Shown in pieces: positions 19,756-32,694 of a stretch of DNA of 64,000 bases. Position 1 is the first letter of the stretch; every line of letters begins with the position of its first letter. Both the position numbers and the translations under genes were made by a program. A model generated the notes under the pieces. That model made no database searches, was not told the DNA's origin, and saw nothing but the letters and a program-made list of their open reading frames with translations. Source of the stretch: Polyangiales bacterium. GTDB taxonomy: Bacteria > Myxococcota_A > Polyangia > Polyangiales > Polyangiaceae. Location: assembly GCA_038231275.1 (NCBI GenBank), contig JBBRLQ010000019.1, forward strand, positions 1 to 64,000, given 5' to 3'.

Positions 19756-20398
19756 CGAAAAGCGTCCCCTTCGGCCACCACACCCTCGGCGCCTTGTTCC
19801 CCCTCGTCCCCGTCCACCGGATGGCACCTTCCGCACCTTCCGCACCTTCCGCCCCGTCGGCCACGTCTGCCTCATCGACCGCCCACGCTCTGCCGCTGGC
19901 GTTCGAGGCGGTGTACGAGGAGAACTTTGCGTTCGTGTGGCGAAACGCGGTGCGCCTCGGCGTCGAGCCGGCGCTGGTCGACGACGTCGTGCAGGACACG
20001 TTCGTCGTCGTCGTTCGCAAGCTGCACGAGCTCGAGCGCCGCTCCGAGCTGCGGACCTGGCTCTTCGCCATCCTGCGCCGCGTGATCTCCGATCACCGCC
20101 GCACTGTGCGCCGCAAGCCGGCCGGGGCGACGGCGCCCGCCGACCTCGAGAAGCTGCGCGACGCCGGCGCGGCCTCGGACGCCACGTCGCGCATGGAGGC
20201 GGCGGAGCTCGTGGGCCTCGTCCTTCGCGCGCTCGACACCGACAAGCGCGAGGTGTTCGTGCTCGCGGAGCTCGAGCAAATGACGATCGCCGAGATCGCC
20301 GACGCGCTCGGAATCAATCGGAACACCGCGTGGTCGCGCCTTCGGGCGGCGAGGCACGCGTTCGAGGCAGAGCTCGATCGTCTGGAGGGGGTGCGCCG

Positions 20399-20402
<4 letters not shown>
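19752..20402 (+). CDS. ECF sigma-70 factor
   Basis: DDVVQDTF..RTWLFAI (region 2) and EIADALGINRNTAWSRL (region 4). Confidence 0.92.
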
Positions 20403-21084
<682 letters not shown>

Positions 21085-21088
<4 letters not shown>

Positions 21089-21936
21089 TGCGGTCCGTCT
21101 TGCGCGGAGCTCTCTTCGCGGTGTCCACAGCGGCCGCCGTCGCGTGCAGCTCGGCGAAGGTGTCGCTCGGCGACGACGGCACCGGCGTTCGTGCCGTGAA
21201 CCCGGACGACGTCCTCGTGGCCGTCCGCGCGTGCAGCGGCGGGGCCGCGCATCCCAACGTGTGTTGCAAGGGATCGTCGTGTACGGAGCGCGATCGCGCG
21301 CCGTTCGGAAAGTGCGCGGCCGACGAGACCACCTACGCCGACGGCACGCTCTGCTGCGCGCTCGACGATAGGGCAGCGTGTACGCGATGCGATCCGGCCG
21401 TCGAGTCGTGCGGCACGACGAACAACGGGCGCGGTTTCGGCGGTCCACCGCCCGCGTCGTCGGTCCTTGGCGCCGCGTGTGAGCACTGCCCTCCGGGGTT
21501 CACGGGCACCGGCTTCACGCAAGGGGGCTGCTGCCGGTCGACTGGCAGCTCGTCTTTCTGTGAGGGCGGCGGAGGCTGCGCGGGAGACGGCTGCGGCTCG
21601 CCTCCGAAGTGCGCGCCGACCTGCGCGCCCGGCTTCATGGTCTCCGCGCAGCAGTCGGACCTGTGCTGCAGGCCCGGCGCGCCGCTGGACGACTGCTACG
21701 TTTGGCTCCCCGGCGACGTGACCGTGCTCGCGTGCGGCGGCGCCGGCTCGGCGTGCGCGTGCCGCCGCAGCGATGGCGGACACGCGCTGCAAATGGACTG
21801 TGACGACGCGACGTCGACGTGCACGTGCTCCACCGACGGCGTCTCGGGACCGCCGGTGCGCACGTCGCTGTCCGCGTGCGCGACCCAGGACACGCGCGCG
21901 GCGGCCTGGGTCCTCGACTGTCACTTCCCGCGCTGA
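21085..21936 (+). CDS. Cysteine-rich lipoprotein
   Basis: Lipobox AVAC; numerous CC and CxC motifs; ATGA overlap. Confidence 0.75.
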
Positions 21937-21948
21937 ACGGGGAAGCCG

Positions 21949-23442
<1,494 letters not shown>

Positions 23443-23754
23443 CGACCTGCTCCTGTTCGCCCTAGTGGTAGGCAAAGGCTGCGACATTTCGTCCCGGTGC
23501 ATCATGACTATATCCTTAGGTTTTTCAGCCAAAAAGCCCCGGCAGGTCATTTAAGGAGGCCGGACGCATGGGCTAAAGCAAACCTGAGACCATCGAATCG
23601 GGAACCTCTCGAGGCTCGACGAGCCCCTCGGCGAAAAGTGGTGTCGGCGAGCGATTGGGGTCACGGGTCGCGGGTCGCCGCGAGAAATTTTGGGTCCATG
23701 GTTTGGCGCGATCGGTCCATCGCGCGCCGCTACGACGAGGACATGGAGGTTCCC

Positions 23755-24192
23755 ATGAGCCGTCACTCTTTCTCGTTTCCTCTTTTCTCGATTGCCATGC
23801 TCGTTGCCGCGTCGGCCGTGACCGCCGCGTGCTCCAGCACCACAACCACGAACGGTAGCTCCGGCACGTCCGGCAGCTCCGGCACGTCGGGCACGTCCGG
23901 CGCGGGGTCGTCGTGCGCCAACATCGCCGGGACGTGGGCCGTGAGCGGCGCATGCGGACCGGACACGTGCGTCGTGACGCAGCACGAGTGCGGGACGGCG
24001 TTCTCGTGCTCGGGCGGCACCGTCTCCTACACGGGCGACGTCGCAGGGCAGACGGCGACCTTCACGGGCCGCAACGCCGCTGGGGTCCAAGGGACGTGCA
24101 CGGTCACCGTCGACGCCGCGGGCACCGCGATGAGCGGCACGTGCCAGCCCCAAGGCCTCGCGGCGTGCAGCGTCAGCGTCGCGAAGAAGTGA
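23755..24192 (+). CDS. Small Cys-containing lipoprotein with Gly/Ser/Thr linker
   Basis: RBS GGAGG; lipobox TAAC; (SSGTSG)n linker. Confidence 0.7.
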   Translation: MSRHSFSFPLFSIAMLVAASAVTAACSSTTTTNGSSGTSGSSGTSGTSGAGSSCANIAGTWAVSGACGPDTCVVTQHECGTAFSCSGGTVSYTGDVAGQTATFTGRNAAGVQGTCTVTVDAAGTAMSGTCQPQGLAACSVSVAKK

Positions 24193-25201
24193 CGTAGTCG
24201 GTCGGCGTTTGGCCGGTCCAGCGGCGGAACGCGCGATCGAACGCGCGCGTCCCCGAGAAGCCGAGGAGGTGCGCCGTCTCCTTCATCGCGCGTCCCGGTG
24301 CGCCGAGCAGCTCGAATGCGAGGGTGCGCTGGACGTCCGCGACGATGGCCTGGAAGGTCTTGCCGTCGTCGCGGATCCGCCGCTGCAGCGTGCGCGGGCT
24401 GATCGCGAGGCGCTGCGCGACAGCGGCGACGCTGGGGCGCTGACCGGCGAGGAGAAGGTCGACGGCGGCGTCACGGAGCAGCGCGGCGCTGGCGTCGGTG
24501 GCGGGGGCGTCGTCGAGCGCGTGACGAAGCTGCGACGACAGCGCGTTCGCCAGCGCGGGGACCTCGGTGGACAAGCGAACGCGGAGCGCGGCGCTCGAGA
24601 GCGAGACGCCGGTGGCGCGCGCGCTGAAATGGACCTCGCAGCCGAACGCGGCGCGGTGGGGACGGGCGTCGGTAGGGGCGGAGTGCGCGAAGCTCGCCGC
24701 GCTCGGCGTGAAGCCCGGCACGGCGCCGCGCGCGGTCGCGATGAGATCGGCCACCGCGTATTCGGCGGAGCACCGCTCGCCCAGGCGTGTCGTCCCGAGC
24801 CCCGAGAACGTGAGGGTCGCGCCGCCGCGCGTGCGCGAAAGCTCCCATCGCGTGCTCGCGCTCACGGCGCGCCAGTACCGCGTGGTGCTACGCGCCGCGT
24901 CTTCCACCGTCGGCAGCGACGTCGCCAGGAGCGCGACCAGGCTGCGCATCTCCGCGCGCGGGATCATTGCGGCGCGCACCGGGAAGCCCGGATCGCCGAG
25001 CTCCCTCATTACCGTCTCCCACAAGGCGTAAACTTTCTCCGACGGGACGTACTCGTGCAGGTCCGGCGGGCGCCGGCGATCGAGGCCCAGCGGGCGCGAC
25101 AGGCGCGCGCCATCCATCCCCGCGCGCTCGGCGGCGCGGATGACGTGGAACGCCGTGATCGCCGTCTCCGCGCCGGCAGGGGGCCGCGCCGCGTGCTTCA
25201 C
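24173..25201 (-). CDS. AraC family transcriptional regulator
   Basis: SPRTLQRRI..G.TF; LLGFS..RAFDRAFRRWTGQTP; GTGA overlap with crt. Confidence 0.9.
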   Translation of the reverse strand: MKHAARPPAGAETAITAFHVIRAAERAGMDGARLSRPLGLDRRRPPDLHEYVPSEKVYALWETVMRELGDPGFPVRAAMIPRAEMRSLVALLATSLPTVEDAARSTTRYWRAVSASTRWELSRTRGGATLTFSGLGTTRLGERCSAEYAVADLIATARGAVPGFTPSAASFAHSAPTDARPHRAAFGCEVHFSARATGVSLSSAALRVRLSTEVPALANALSSQLRHALDDAPATDASAALLRDAAVDLLLAGQRPSVAAVAQRLAISPRTLQRRIRDDGKTFQAIVADVQRTLAFELLGAPGRAMKETAHLLGFSGTRAFDRAFRRWTGQTPTDYVTSSRR

Positions 25202-25995
25202 CGGCCCTCGAACGAGGCCTTCCGCTTCTCGAGGAAGGCTTTCATGCCCTCGCGCTGATCGTTCGAGCCGAAGAGCGACGCGAACGCCTGCGCCTCGAGC
25301 TCGTTGGCGATGGGCAGAGGAACGTCCTGACCGCGCTCGAGGACGCGCTTGCTCTGCGCGATGGCGAGCGGACCTTTGGCGGCGATCTTGGCCGCGACCT
25401 CACGGACCTTTGCGAGGAGCCCCTCGTGCGGAACGATCGCGTTGACGAGGCCGATGTCGAGCGCGGTCTTGGCGTCGATGATGTCGCCGGTCATCACCAG
25501 CTCTCTCGCGCGCGCGATGCCCACGCGTCGCGCGAGCCGCTGGGTGCCGCCGAAGCCGGGGATGACGCCGAGGTTCACCTCGGGCTGCCCGAACTTCGCG
25601 CGGTCCGACGCGTAGATGAAATCGCAAGCGAGCGCGATTTCGCAGCCGCCGCCCAGCGCGAAGCCGTTCACCGCCGCGATCACCGGAAAATGCGCGGATT
25701 CCATGCGCGCCCCGACGCGGTGCCCGAGATCCGCGAACGCCTTCGCGTTCGCCACGGTCATCTCGCTCATCGCCGCGATGTCGGCCCCCGCGGCGAACGC
25801 CTTGTCGCCGCTGCCCGTGAGGATCACGACGCGAACGCTGGCGTCCTCGTCGAGCTCGTGCAGCGCGCGATGGAGCTCGCCGACGAGCACCGCGTTCAGC
25901 GCGTTCAGCTTTTCGGGGCGATGGAGGGTGAGCGTGACGACGCCGCCGTCCCGCTCCATCAAGACCGTCTTGTCCGTCTTGTCCGCGTCGCTCAT
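25198..25995 (-). CDS. crt: Enoyl-CoA hydratase (crotonase)
   Basis: AFAAGADI, GFALGGGCEIALACD, FGQPEVNLGVIPGFGGTQRL. Confidence 0.9.
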   Translation of the reverse strand: MSDADKTDKTVLMERDGGVVTLTLHRPEKLNALNAVLVGELHRALHELDEDASVRVVILTGSGDKAFAAGADIAAMSEMTVANAKAFADLGHRVGARMESAHFPVIAAVNGFALGGGCEIALACDFIYASDRAKFGQPEVNLGVIPGFGGTQRLARRVGIARARELVMTGDIIDAKTALDIGLVNAIVPHEGLLAKVREVAAKIAAKGPLAIAQSKRVLERGQDVPLPIANELEAQAFASLFGSNDQREGMKAFLEKRKASFEGR

Positions 25996-26017
25996 CGTGA
26001 TCTCCCGTCTCGAACGG

Positions 26018-26920
26018 CTACAGCGTGTGACCGACCTTGTTGCCCTTGTCGTCGTACACGTAAAACCCGCGCTTCGTCTTTCGGCCGAACCAACCCGCCG
26101 CCACGAGGTTTCGCAGCATCGTCGGCGCGCGGTATTTGTCGTCGCCGAGATCGCGTTGCAGGACTTCGAGGATGAAGAGGCACGTGTCGAGGCCGATGAG
26201 ATCGGCGAGCTCCAGCGGGCCCATCGGGTGGTTCAGCCCGAGCTTCGCCGCGGTGTCGATGTCCTCCGGCGTGCCGAGCCCCTCTTGGAGCGCAAAGCAC
26301 GCTTCGCCGATCATCGGCAGGAGCATGCGGTTCACGAGGAAACCGGGCACGTCCTTGCTCGTCACGACCACCTTGCCCATCTTCTGGGCGACGGCGCGGA
26401 TCGTCTCGTAGGTCTCGCTCGACGTCTGCACGGCGCGCACGATCTCGAGCAGCTTCATGAGCGGCGGCGGGTTCATGAAGTGCATTCCGACGACGCGGTC
26501 GGGGCGCTTGGTGACGCCGGCCAGGCGCGTGAGGGAGATCGACGACGTGTTGCTCGCGAGGAGCGCGTCGGGCCGCATCGCCTCGTCGCACTTTTTGAAG
26601 AGCTCGAGCTTCAGGTCGACCTTCTCGGTCGCTGCCTCGATGACCAGATCGCAGTCGGAGAAGCCCGCCGCGCCGGCGATGGGCGTGATGCGCTCGAGGA
26701 TCTGCGCCTTCATGTCGGCGCTGACCTTGCCCTTCTCGACCTGCTTGGAGAGGACGGCGTCGACCTTCGCGCGGCCCTTCTGCGCGAGCTCGAGCGACGC
26801 GTCGGCGAGCCGGACGTCGTAGCCGGCGGCCGCGGCGACCTGCGCGATGCCGCCGCCCATTTGCCCCGCGCCGAGGATGCCGATGACCTGGATTGCGTGA
26901 ATCTCGGGGAGATCTGCCAT
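26018..26920 (-). CDS. hbd: 3-hydroxybutyryl-CoA dehydrogenase
   Basis: GAGQMGGG, IEAATE, SNTSS, GMHFMNP, PMGPLELADLIGLD. Confidence 0.92.
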   Translation of the reverse strand: MADLPEIHAIQVIGILGAGQMGGGIAQVAAAAGYDVRLADASLELAQKGRAKVDAVLSKQVEKGKVSADMKAQILERITPIAGAAGFSDCDLVIEAATEKVDLKLELFKKCDEAMRPDALLASNTSSISLTRLAGVTKRPDRVVGMHFMNPPPLMKLLEIVRAVQTSSETYETIRAVAQKMGKVVVTSKDVPGFLVNRMLLPMIGEACFALQEGLGTPEDIDTAAKLGLNHPMGPLELADLIGLDTCLFILEVLQRDLGDDKYRAPTMLRNLVAAGWFGRKTKRGFYVYDDKGNKVGHTL

Positions 26921-26962
26921 GGAACGTTTGCCTCGTCGCCGCGGGTGTAGCACAAGACGCGC

Positions 26963-27781
26963 GTGGTGCGGGTGCGCTGGATCTGCGTGGCGCTGGTCCT
27001 CCTGGCGACGGCCGGAGCGTGCGCCGCCGTCACGCCGACGGAGCGCGCCCGCTCGCTCGCGCGGCAGCACCGCGAGGACGAAGCCGTCCGCGTCCTGCGC
27101 GAGTCGCTGCGCGCGCACCCCGACGACCTCGACGCGCGACGCCTCCTCGTTAGGCTCCTCGCGTACACGTCCGATCTGAACGGCGCGCGCGCAGAGGTGG
27201 CCGAGCTCGAGAAGCGTCTGCCGAAGGGCGATCCGCTCCCGTGGATCGAGCTGGGTCACGCGTTCGAGCTCGCGCACCACTTCGAGGAGGCGCTCGCGTC
27301 GTACGACACGGCCGCGAGCGTCGCGCCGGAGTCGCCGGCGGGTCCGCGCGAGGGGGGAATGCGCGCGGCGCGTTGGGGAGAAGCGGAGGAGGCGCGGCCG
27401 CGGCTCGAGGAGGCGATCCGTCGTGGCGCGGCTGACGCGTCGGTGTTCCACGCGCTGGGGCTCGTGCGCCTCCACGCGCGTGATCTCGACGGCGCCGAGG
27501 AGGCGTACCGCGCCGGTCTCGCGCTCGAGCCGAAGGGGACGGAGAACCTCCTCGGCCTCGCGACCGTCGCGGTGGTGAAGGAGGACGCGGCCGCGGCGCT
27601 CGCAGCGTATGGACATATCCTCGCGCGGCGCCCGGACTTCGCCGCCGCCGAGCTCGGCCGCGCGTGGGCGCTCGCCAAGCTCGGTCGCACCGACGAAGCG
27701 CGCCGCGCCCTCGACCACGCCGAATCCCTGGGCGCCCCGCGCGAGAACGTCCAGAAACAGCGCGCCGCGCTCGCGCCCTAG
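26963..27781 (+). CDS. TPR-repeat lipoprotein
   Basis: Lipobox AGAC; repeated TPR helices. Confidence 0.8.
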   Translation: MVRVRWICVALVLLATAGACAAVTPTERARSLARQHREDEAVRVLRESLRAHPDDLDARRLLVRLLAYTSDLNGARAEVAELEKRLPKGDPLPWIELGHAFELAHHFEEALASYDTAASVAPESPAGPREGGMRAARWGEAEEARPRLEEAIRRGAADASVFHALGLVRLHARDLDGAEEAYRAGLALEPKGTENLLGLATVAVVKEDAAAALAAYGHILARRPDFAAAELGRAWALAKLGRTDEARRALDHAESLGAPRENVQKQRAALAP

Positions 27782-27790
27782 ATCACGAGC

Positions 27791-28585
27791 TCAGAGCGGG
27801 TGGACCGACGAGCAGGGCGCGGGATCGCTCCAGCGATCGACCCAGCGGCCCGAGTTGCACTGGTACCAGCGGCTGTCGTACTTGCTCTGGATGCACGCGT
27901 TGTCGGCGACCTCGCGGCCGAGCGTGCCGGAGTAGCAGCCGGCGCCGCCCCCGCCGCTCCCCGACGTCCCGTCGCAGCCCGCGAACGAGCAGTACTTCGC
28001 GCGCGTCGCCGTCATGCTGTAGGAGGGCTGCCCGTAGCGGCCCGGCGGCAGCGAAGCCCACTCGTACGAGATACGATCCATCACGTTGACGAACTCGGTC
28101 GCCGTGAGCGAGCGCGACGTGGGGACGAACGCGCCGCGCCGCGAGACGAGCTTCATCGCGCCGCGATCCTGGTTGTCGGGGTGGAAGCTCGGCATGCCGA
28201 GACCGTTCCACGTCGTCGTCAGGAACTGGTAGCGGCCCGCCGCCGTCGAGCAATAGCCGCCCGAGCAGATATCGAGGTTCGGGTGGTGCGCGCAGCTCGT
28301 GAAGTAGTGGTAGGCGAAGGTCACGTTGTACCCGTCCTGGCCGCGCCCGCGCGTGCCTTCGGTGAACGCGATCGTGTCGAGCAGCGCGCGGTGCTCGCGC
28401 GCGACGGCGCCGTTGGCCAAGGAGGGGGCGCACGTCGGCGCCGACAGGTATTCGTTCTCGGTGCCCACGCTCTCCGGTGTCCCGTCGTCGGCGTGCGAGC
28501 CGGAGCAGGCGGCGAGGAGCACGAGCGGCGCAGCGGAGAGGCAACGTACGGCGTTCGAGAGAAACATGGATGTCTCCTGGCTCAT
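27791..28585 (-). CDS. Lambda-R-type lysozyme/lytic transglycosylase (GH24/GH104-like) lipoprotein with C-terminal Cys-rich domain
   Basis: ALLDTIAFTEGT, STAAGRYQFLTTTW, QD, EWASLPPGRYGQP; lipobox LAAC. Confidence 0.85.
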   Translation of the reverse strand: MSQETSMFLSNAVRCLSAAPLVLLAACSGSHADDGTPESVGTENEYLSAPTCAPSLANGAVAREHRALLDTIAFTEGTRGRGQDGYNVTFAYHYFTSCAHHPNLDICSGGYCSTAAGRYQFLTTTWNGLGMPSFHPDNQDRGAMKLVSRRGAFVPTSRSLTATEFVNVMDRISYEWASLPPGRYGQPSYSMTATRAKYCSFAGCDGTSGSGGGGAGCYSGTLGREVADNACIQSKYDSRWYQCNSGRWVDRWSDPAPCSSVHPL

Positions 28586-29331
28586 GGTTGACCGTTCGTC
28601 GCGAGGGCGAGCGCCTCCACGCGGAGCGTCTCGTCGATTCCTTGGGTGGGCGGCAGTGCGGCGACGCGCGCGGAGAAGCGCGCGATCGCGTCGCGTGCGG
28701 ACGGCTCGCCGAGCTGCGTCAGGCGCTGGGCAGCCAGTGTCTCGACGTGGAGGGGAAGTGTTGCGCGATCGAGCGCCCCCGCCAACGCGTCCGCCGCGTC
28801 GGCTCCGCCGAGATCGCCGAGCGCGTCCACCAACACCGAGACGTTGCCGCGCGCGTCGGCCCCTTCACGCCCGCCTTCGTCGCGAAGCCACTGCGACAGG
28901 GTCTGTGCGGCGACGCGTCGATCCGCCGTGCCCGCTTTCGCGCCCAGGACCGCTACGCCGTGGATGACCGTCGGCGCCGCCTCGGGGTCGCCCGCGAGCA
29001 CGACGCGCTCGAGCAGCGGCAACGTCTCCGTCGCGCCGCTCGCGATCGCGGCGTCGATCGCATCGATCCGCGCCGCGTCGTCCGACCAGGTGAGCGCGTC
29101 GCGAAGGCGCGCGACCGGATCCGACGGCGCGGGTGAGAGCGTCGTCGCCGTCGCGGTCGTCGCCGCCGCGGGGGCGCTGAGGGGTGTCGGCGACGTCGAG
29201 GTGTCGGCGCTCGTCGCCAACGGGCCCGGGCGGACACGTGCACCGTTGGGTGAATGTGCGATGAAGTGCGACGTGCCCGCGAGGCTTGCGAGGGCGAGCG
29301 CTCCGAGCGCGATGGCAAGACGTCGGCGCAT
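28582..29331 (-). CDS. Exported HEAT-repeat-like helical protein
   Basis: N-terminal hydrophobic segment, low-complexity linker, helical repeats (LVDALGDLGG); ATGA overlap with the lysozyme gene. Alternative start 29343. Confidence 0.65.
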   Translation of the reverse strand: MRRRLAIALGALALASLAGTSHFIAHSPNGARVRPGPLATSADTSTSPTPLSAPAAATTATATTLSPAPSDPVARLRDALTWSDDAARIDAIDAAIASGATETLPLLERVVLAGDPEAAPTVIHGVAVLGAKAGTADRRVAAQTLSQWLRDEGGREGADARGNVSVLVDALGDLGGADAADALAGALDRATLPLHVETLAAQRLTQLGEPSARDAIARFSARVAALPPTQGIDETLRVEALALATNGQP

Positions 29332-29344
29332 GAGCGTCACCATC

Positions 29345-29359
29345 GCAATCGATGGGCCA
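29345..29359 (-). promoter_or_regulatory. Sigma54 -24/-12 promoter of the HEAT-lysozyme operon
   Basis: Minus strand TGGCCCA-tcga-TTGC. Confidence 0.6.
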
Positions 29360-29602
29360 TGTCACCGCGCCGATCACGAGACGCCGCCGCGACGCACGTC
29401 ACCTCGGAAAAACAAGGAGATCACGCGACAGGCTATCCGGGGGTCTTCGGATCCACGCGACCAAGCGCCGCGTGTGGATCGCGAAAACCTTCGCGAGCGC
29501 TCACGATGGATCGCGAAGGTCTCGTGACGCGTCGCTCGACGCGAGGGCGCGCGTCGTTCACGGCGAGTAGGCGAGCAGGAGGCATTTTCCGCCGCTCTCG
29601 GC

Positions 29603-30310
29603 TCACAAGCTCGCGACGCAGGCCTTGAGCTTCTCCTTCAGCGCCTCGGCGCCGAGCGGGAGGCCGACTGCGCCTTGTGGGCGCACCGTGCCGAGGACGT
29701 TCGCGAACGGCACCCCACCGCCTGCGCCGGCGTACCACATGCGCGAATCGTGGCTGTTCGCGCGGTTGTCGCCCATCACGAACGCCTCGCCCGGCTTCAC
29801 CGTCCACGGCCCAGAGGGCGCGCCGATCGCGAGGCCGCGCTCGTGGAAGACGAGGTAGCGGTTGCCGTCGAGGTTCTCGACGAACAGATCCCCCTCGTGC
29901 TTCGGCCCGCCAGGGGCCTCGTCGTAGCTCCACGCGCCGACGAGGCACGTGGGCGCGACCTTGCCGTTCACGACGAGCGACGTGCCGCGCGTCTCGACGA
30001 CGTCGCCCGGCATGCCGACGACGCGCTTCACGAACTCCTGGGTCGGCGTCTCGGGAGACTTGAAGACGAGCACCTTGCCGCGTCCGGCGTTCTTGTCGGT
30101 CTTGTTGACGAGGATGTGCTCGCCGAGGGAAATCGTCGGGATCATCGAGCCGGACGGCACCTTGTACGATCCGGCCAGGAACGCGCGCGAGACCACCAGC
30201 GAGACCGCGATCAGGACCGCAACGCCGACGATGTAGAAGGGGAGGTAGCTCCGCGGCCCCTTCGTGGCCTCGGCGGCGTTCCCTTCGGCGGTGGGCGTGG
30301 CGTCCGACAT
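29603..30310 (-). CDS. lepB: Signal peptidase I
   Basis: PSGSMIPT, VKRVVGMPGD, FVMGDNRANSHDSR. Confidence 0.92.
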   Translation of the reverse strand: MSDATPTAEGNAAEATKGPRSYLPFYIVGVAVLIAVSLVVSRAFLAGSYKVPSGSMIPTISLGEHILVNKTDKNAGRGKVLVFKSPETPTQEFVKRVVGMPGDVVETRGTSLVVNGKVAPTCLVGAWSYDEAPGGPKHEGDLFVENLDGNRYLVFHERGLAIGAPSGPWTVKPGEAFVMGDNRANSHDSRMWYAGAGGGVPFANVLGTVRPQGAVGLPLGAEALKEKLKACVASL

Positions 30311-30341
30311 CGCGCGGACGGTAGCACGGCGGGCGATGTCG

Positions 30342-31163
30342 TCAGCCGGCGATCACGATGAGCTGGAGGCGCGCGCCGGGCTTGGCGGCGAGACGCTCGA
30401 GGCGCTCGTTCACGACGTCGATCCGATGACGCGCGGGCGGGCTCCAGACGACGTTCGCGCCGAGGTACACCGCCGACGCGCGGCCTGCCTGCAGCATCGC
30501 GCCCCAACCGGCGAGCTCCTCGTCGGTCACGCGCGTGGTCGGCACCGACTTGACGTCCGGCGTGAAGAAGAACGCGAACGCGCGCGCGTCCTTCGTGAAG
30601 ACGTTGGCCACGACCTCGCGCGCGGCGCCCGGCCACCCGTGGTGCGGCGGCACCGCGCACAGCCAGTTCGTCGCGAGGATCTCGGCGGGGCCCTTCACGA
30701 GCTCGAGCTCGCCGTACAGCTGCGCGCCGGCGTGCGCGGCATATTCGCGTTCGGCCCATCCGGCGGCGTTCGCGACGGACGCGGTGGTGGGGCGCCCTGG
30801 TGGGAGGCCTTGCGGGATCTGCGCGATGCGCGCGCGCAGCGCCTTGTTCGTCCCGTCGTTGGGATCGATCGAGAGCGCCTCGTTCAGGCAACGCACAGCT
30901 TCGTCACGCTCGCCTCGCGCCGCGTGCGACCTCGCCTTGGCGCCCCACGCGATCGCGTGCTTCGCATCGACCTTCAGGGCGTTGTCGAAACAGTGGATGG
31001 CCTTGTCGTGCTGCATCCCTTGCTCGTGGTGCAGCCCTTCCTGCACCCAGCCCATCGCATCGAGCCCCTGCACCGAGACGGGCGCGCTCGACAGCACGGC
31101 GCCGCAGTAGATGCAGAGACGCTTCGGCTGGACCTGCCGTTTGCACTTCGGGCAGGTGATCAT
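30342..31163 (-). CDS. Zinc-ribbon plus TPR protein
   Basis: CPKC..CIYCG followed by TPR (AIHCFDNALKVD). Confidence 0.75.
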   Translation of the reverse strand: MITCPKCKRQVQPKRLCIYCGAVLSSAPVSVQGLDAMGWVQEGLHHEQGMQHDKAIHCFDNALKVDAKHAIAWGAKARSHAARGERDEAVRCLNEALSIDPNDGTNKALRARIAQIPQGLPPGRPTTASVANAAGWAEREYAAHAGAQLYGELELVKGPAEILATNWLCAVPPHHGWPGAAREVVANVFTKDARAFAFFFTPDVKSVPTTRVTDEELAGWGAMLQAGRASAVYLGANVVWSPPARHRIDVVNERLERLAAKPGARLQLIVIAG

Positions 31164-31297
31164 GGGGCCCCCGGGCTCACCGGAGAAGGGTAGCCCGCGG
31201 CGCTCTCCGGGCCAAAAAACACGGGAAAAGTTGCTACCCGCCCGCAGGCCATGAACGTGGGTCGCGCAAGTCGGCCACGTGCGATACTGAAGGGCCC

Positions 31298-31549
31298 ATG
31301 AGCCGTGTGATGCAGGAGCTCGACGACCTCTTCGACGAGCTGGACCAGCTCCTCAAGAACCCCGACGCGGGCGCCGCGCTCGCCGACAACGGGGTCAACA
31401 TCAGCTTGGCGATCGTCGCGGCCGACGGCCTCCGTGCGTACCTCCACGGCGAGAAGGAGCGCGCCGCTGAGGAGCTCGGGACCGCCGCCGAAGAGATCGT
31501 CCAACGCATGAAGGCGGCGCGGGCGCTCGCGTCCGGGAAGCCGTCGTGA
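31298..31549 (+). CDS. Small hypothetical protein
   Basis: Typical codon bias; GTGA overlap with mtnA. Confidence 0.65.
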   Translation: MSRVMQELDDLFDELDQLLKNPDAGAALADNGVNISLAIVAADGLRAYLHGEKERAAEELGTAAEEIVQRMKAARALASGKPS

Positions 31550-32688
31550 GCGTCCGGCACCCGTCGGGGGGCGTCCCCACCCTAAAGACCGGGCTCGCGC
31601 ACCCGCACCCCGAGCCGATCAGCGGCGCGCGCTACTCGGCCGTCGAGCTCATGCCCGGCAACCGGCGCGTGCTCATGCTCGATCAGAGGAGGCTGCCCAG
31701 CGTCGAGGCGTACGAGACGTACACGCGCGCCGAAGAGGTGGCCGAGGCCATCCGCTCGATGGTCGTGCGCGGCGCGCCAGCGATCGGGGTCGCGGCGGCG
31801 TATGGGCTCGTCCTCGCGGCGTCGAACGCGAAGGGGGACGGCGCGTCGTTCGTGGCGGAGATCCACCGCGCCGATGCCGTGCTCCGCGCGACGCGACCGA
31901 CCGCGGTGAACCTCGCGTGGGCGCTCGAACGCATCGGAAAGGAAGCGCTGGCGGCCGCCGCCGAGGATCCGCTCCCGCGCGCCGATCGCGTCGCCGAGGC
32001 GGCGAGGAAGCTCCACCGCGAGGACGTCGCGGCGTGCCGAATGATCGGCGCGCTCGGCGCCGCGCGAATCCCCGAGGGGGCCACGATCCTCACGCACTGC
32101 AACGCCGGCGCGCTCGCGACCGGCGGCTACGGAACCGCGCTCGGCGTCATCCGCGCCGCGCACGAGGCCGGAAAGAACATCCGCGTCATCGCGACGGAGA
32201 CGCGCCCGCTCCTCCAGGGCGCTCGCCTCACGGCGTGGGAGCTCGCGCGCGACGGCATCCCCGTCGAGGTGATCACCGACTCGATGGTCGCCTACTTCAT
32301 GCGCCGCCGTTCGATCGCCGTCGTCGTCGTCGGCGCCGATCGCATCGCCCGGAATGGCGACACCGCAAACAAGATCGGCACCTACGGCATTGCGTGCATC
32401 GCCCACGCGCACGGCATCCCGATGTACGTCGCCGCGCCGTGGAGCACCGTGGATCTCGCGTGCGAGAGCGGCGACGGCATCCCCATCGAAGAGCGCAGCG
32501 AGCGCGAGGTGACGCACCCCTTCGATACCGCGATCGTCCCCGAGGCCGTGCGCGCACGGAACCCCGCGTTCGACGTGACGCCGGCGCGCCTCCTCGCAGG
32601 GATCGTCACCGAGCGTGGCCTCGCGTCACCGGTGGACGAGGCCGTCCTCGCGGCGCTTGCGTCCGGGGCAAACGCATTGCAGAGCTGA
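31546..32688 (+). CDS. mtnA: S-methyl-5-thioribose-1-phosphate isomerase
   Basis: [43 protein letters not shown]. Confidence 0.95.
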   Translation: MSVRHPSGGVPTLKTGLAHPHPEPISGARYSAVELMPGNRRVLMLDQRRLPSVEAYETYTRAEEVAEAIRSMVVRGAPAIGVAAAYGLVLAASNAKGDGASFVAEIHRADAVLRATRPTAVNLAWALERIGKEALAAAAEDPLPRADRVAEAARKLHREDVAACRMIGALGAARIPEGATILTHCNAGALATGGYGTALGVIRAAHEAGKNIRVIATETRPLLQGARLTAWELARDGIPVEVITDSMVAYFMRRRSIAVVVVGADRIARNGDTANKIGTYGIACIAHAHGIPMYVAAPWSTVDLACESGDGIPIEERSEREVTHPFDTAIVPEAVRARNPAFDVTPARLLAGIVTERGLASPVDEAVLAALASGANALQS

Positions 32689-32694
32689 GGGGTC

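Noticed and set aside
27791..28585. Prophage lysis module
   Set aside because: No holin, spanin, structural or integrase genes; the protein has a host-type lipoprotein signal.
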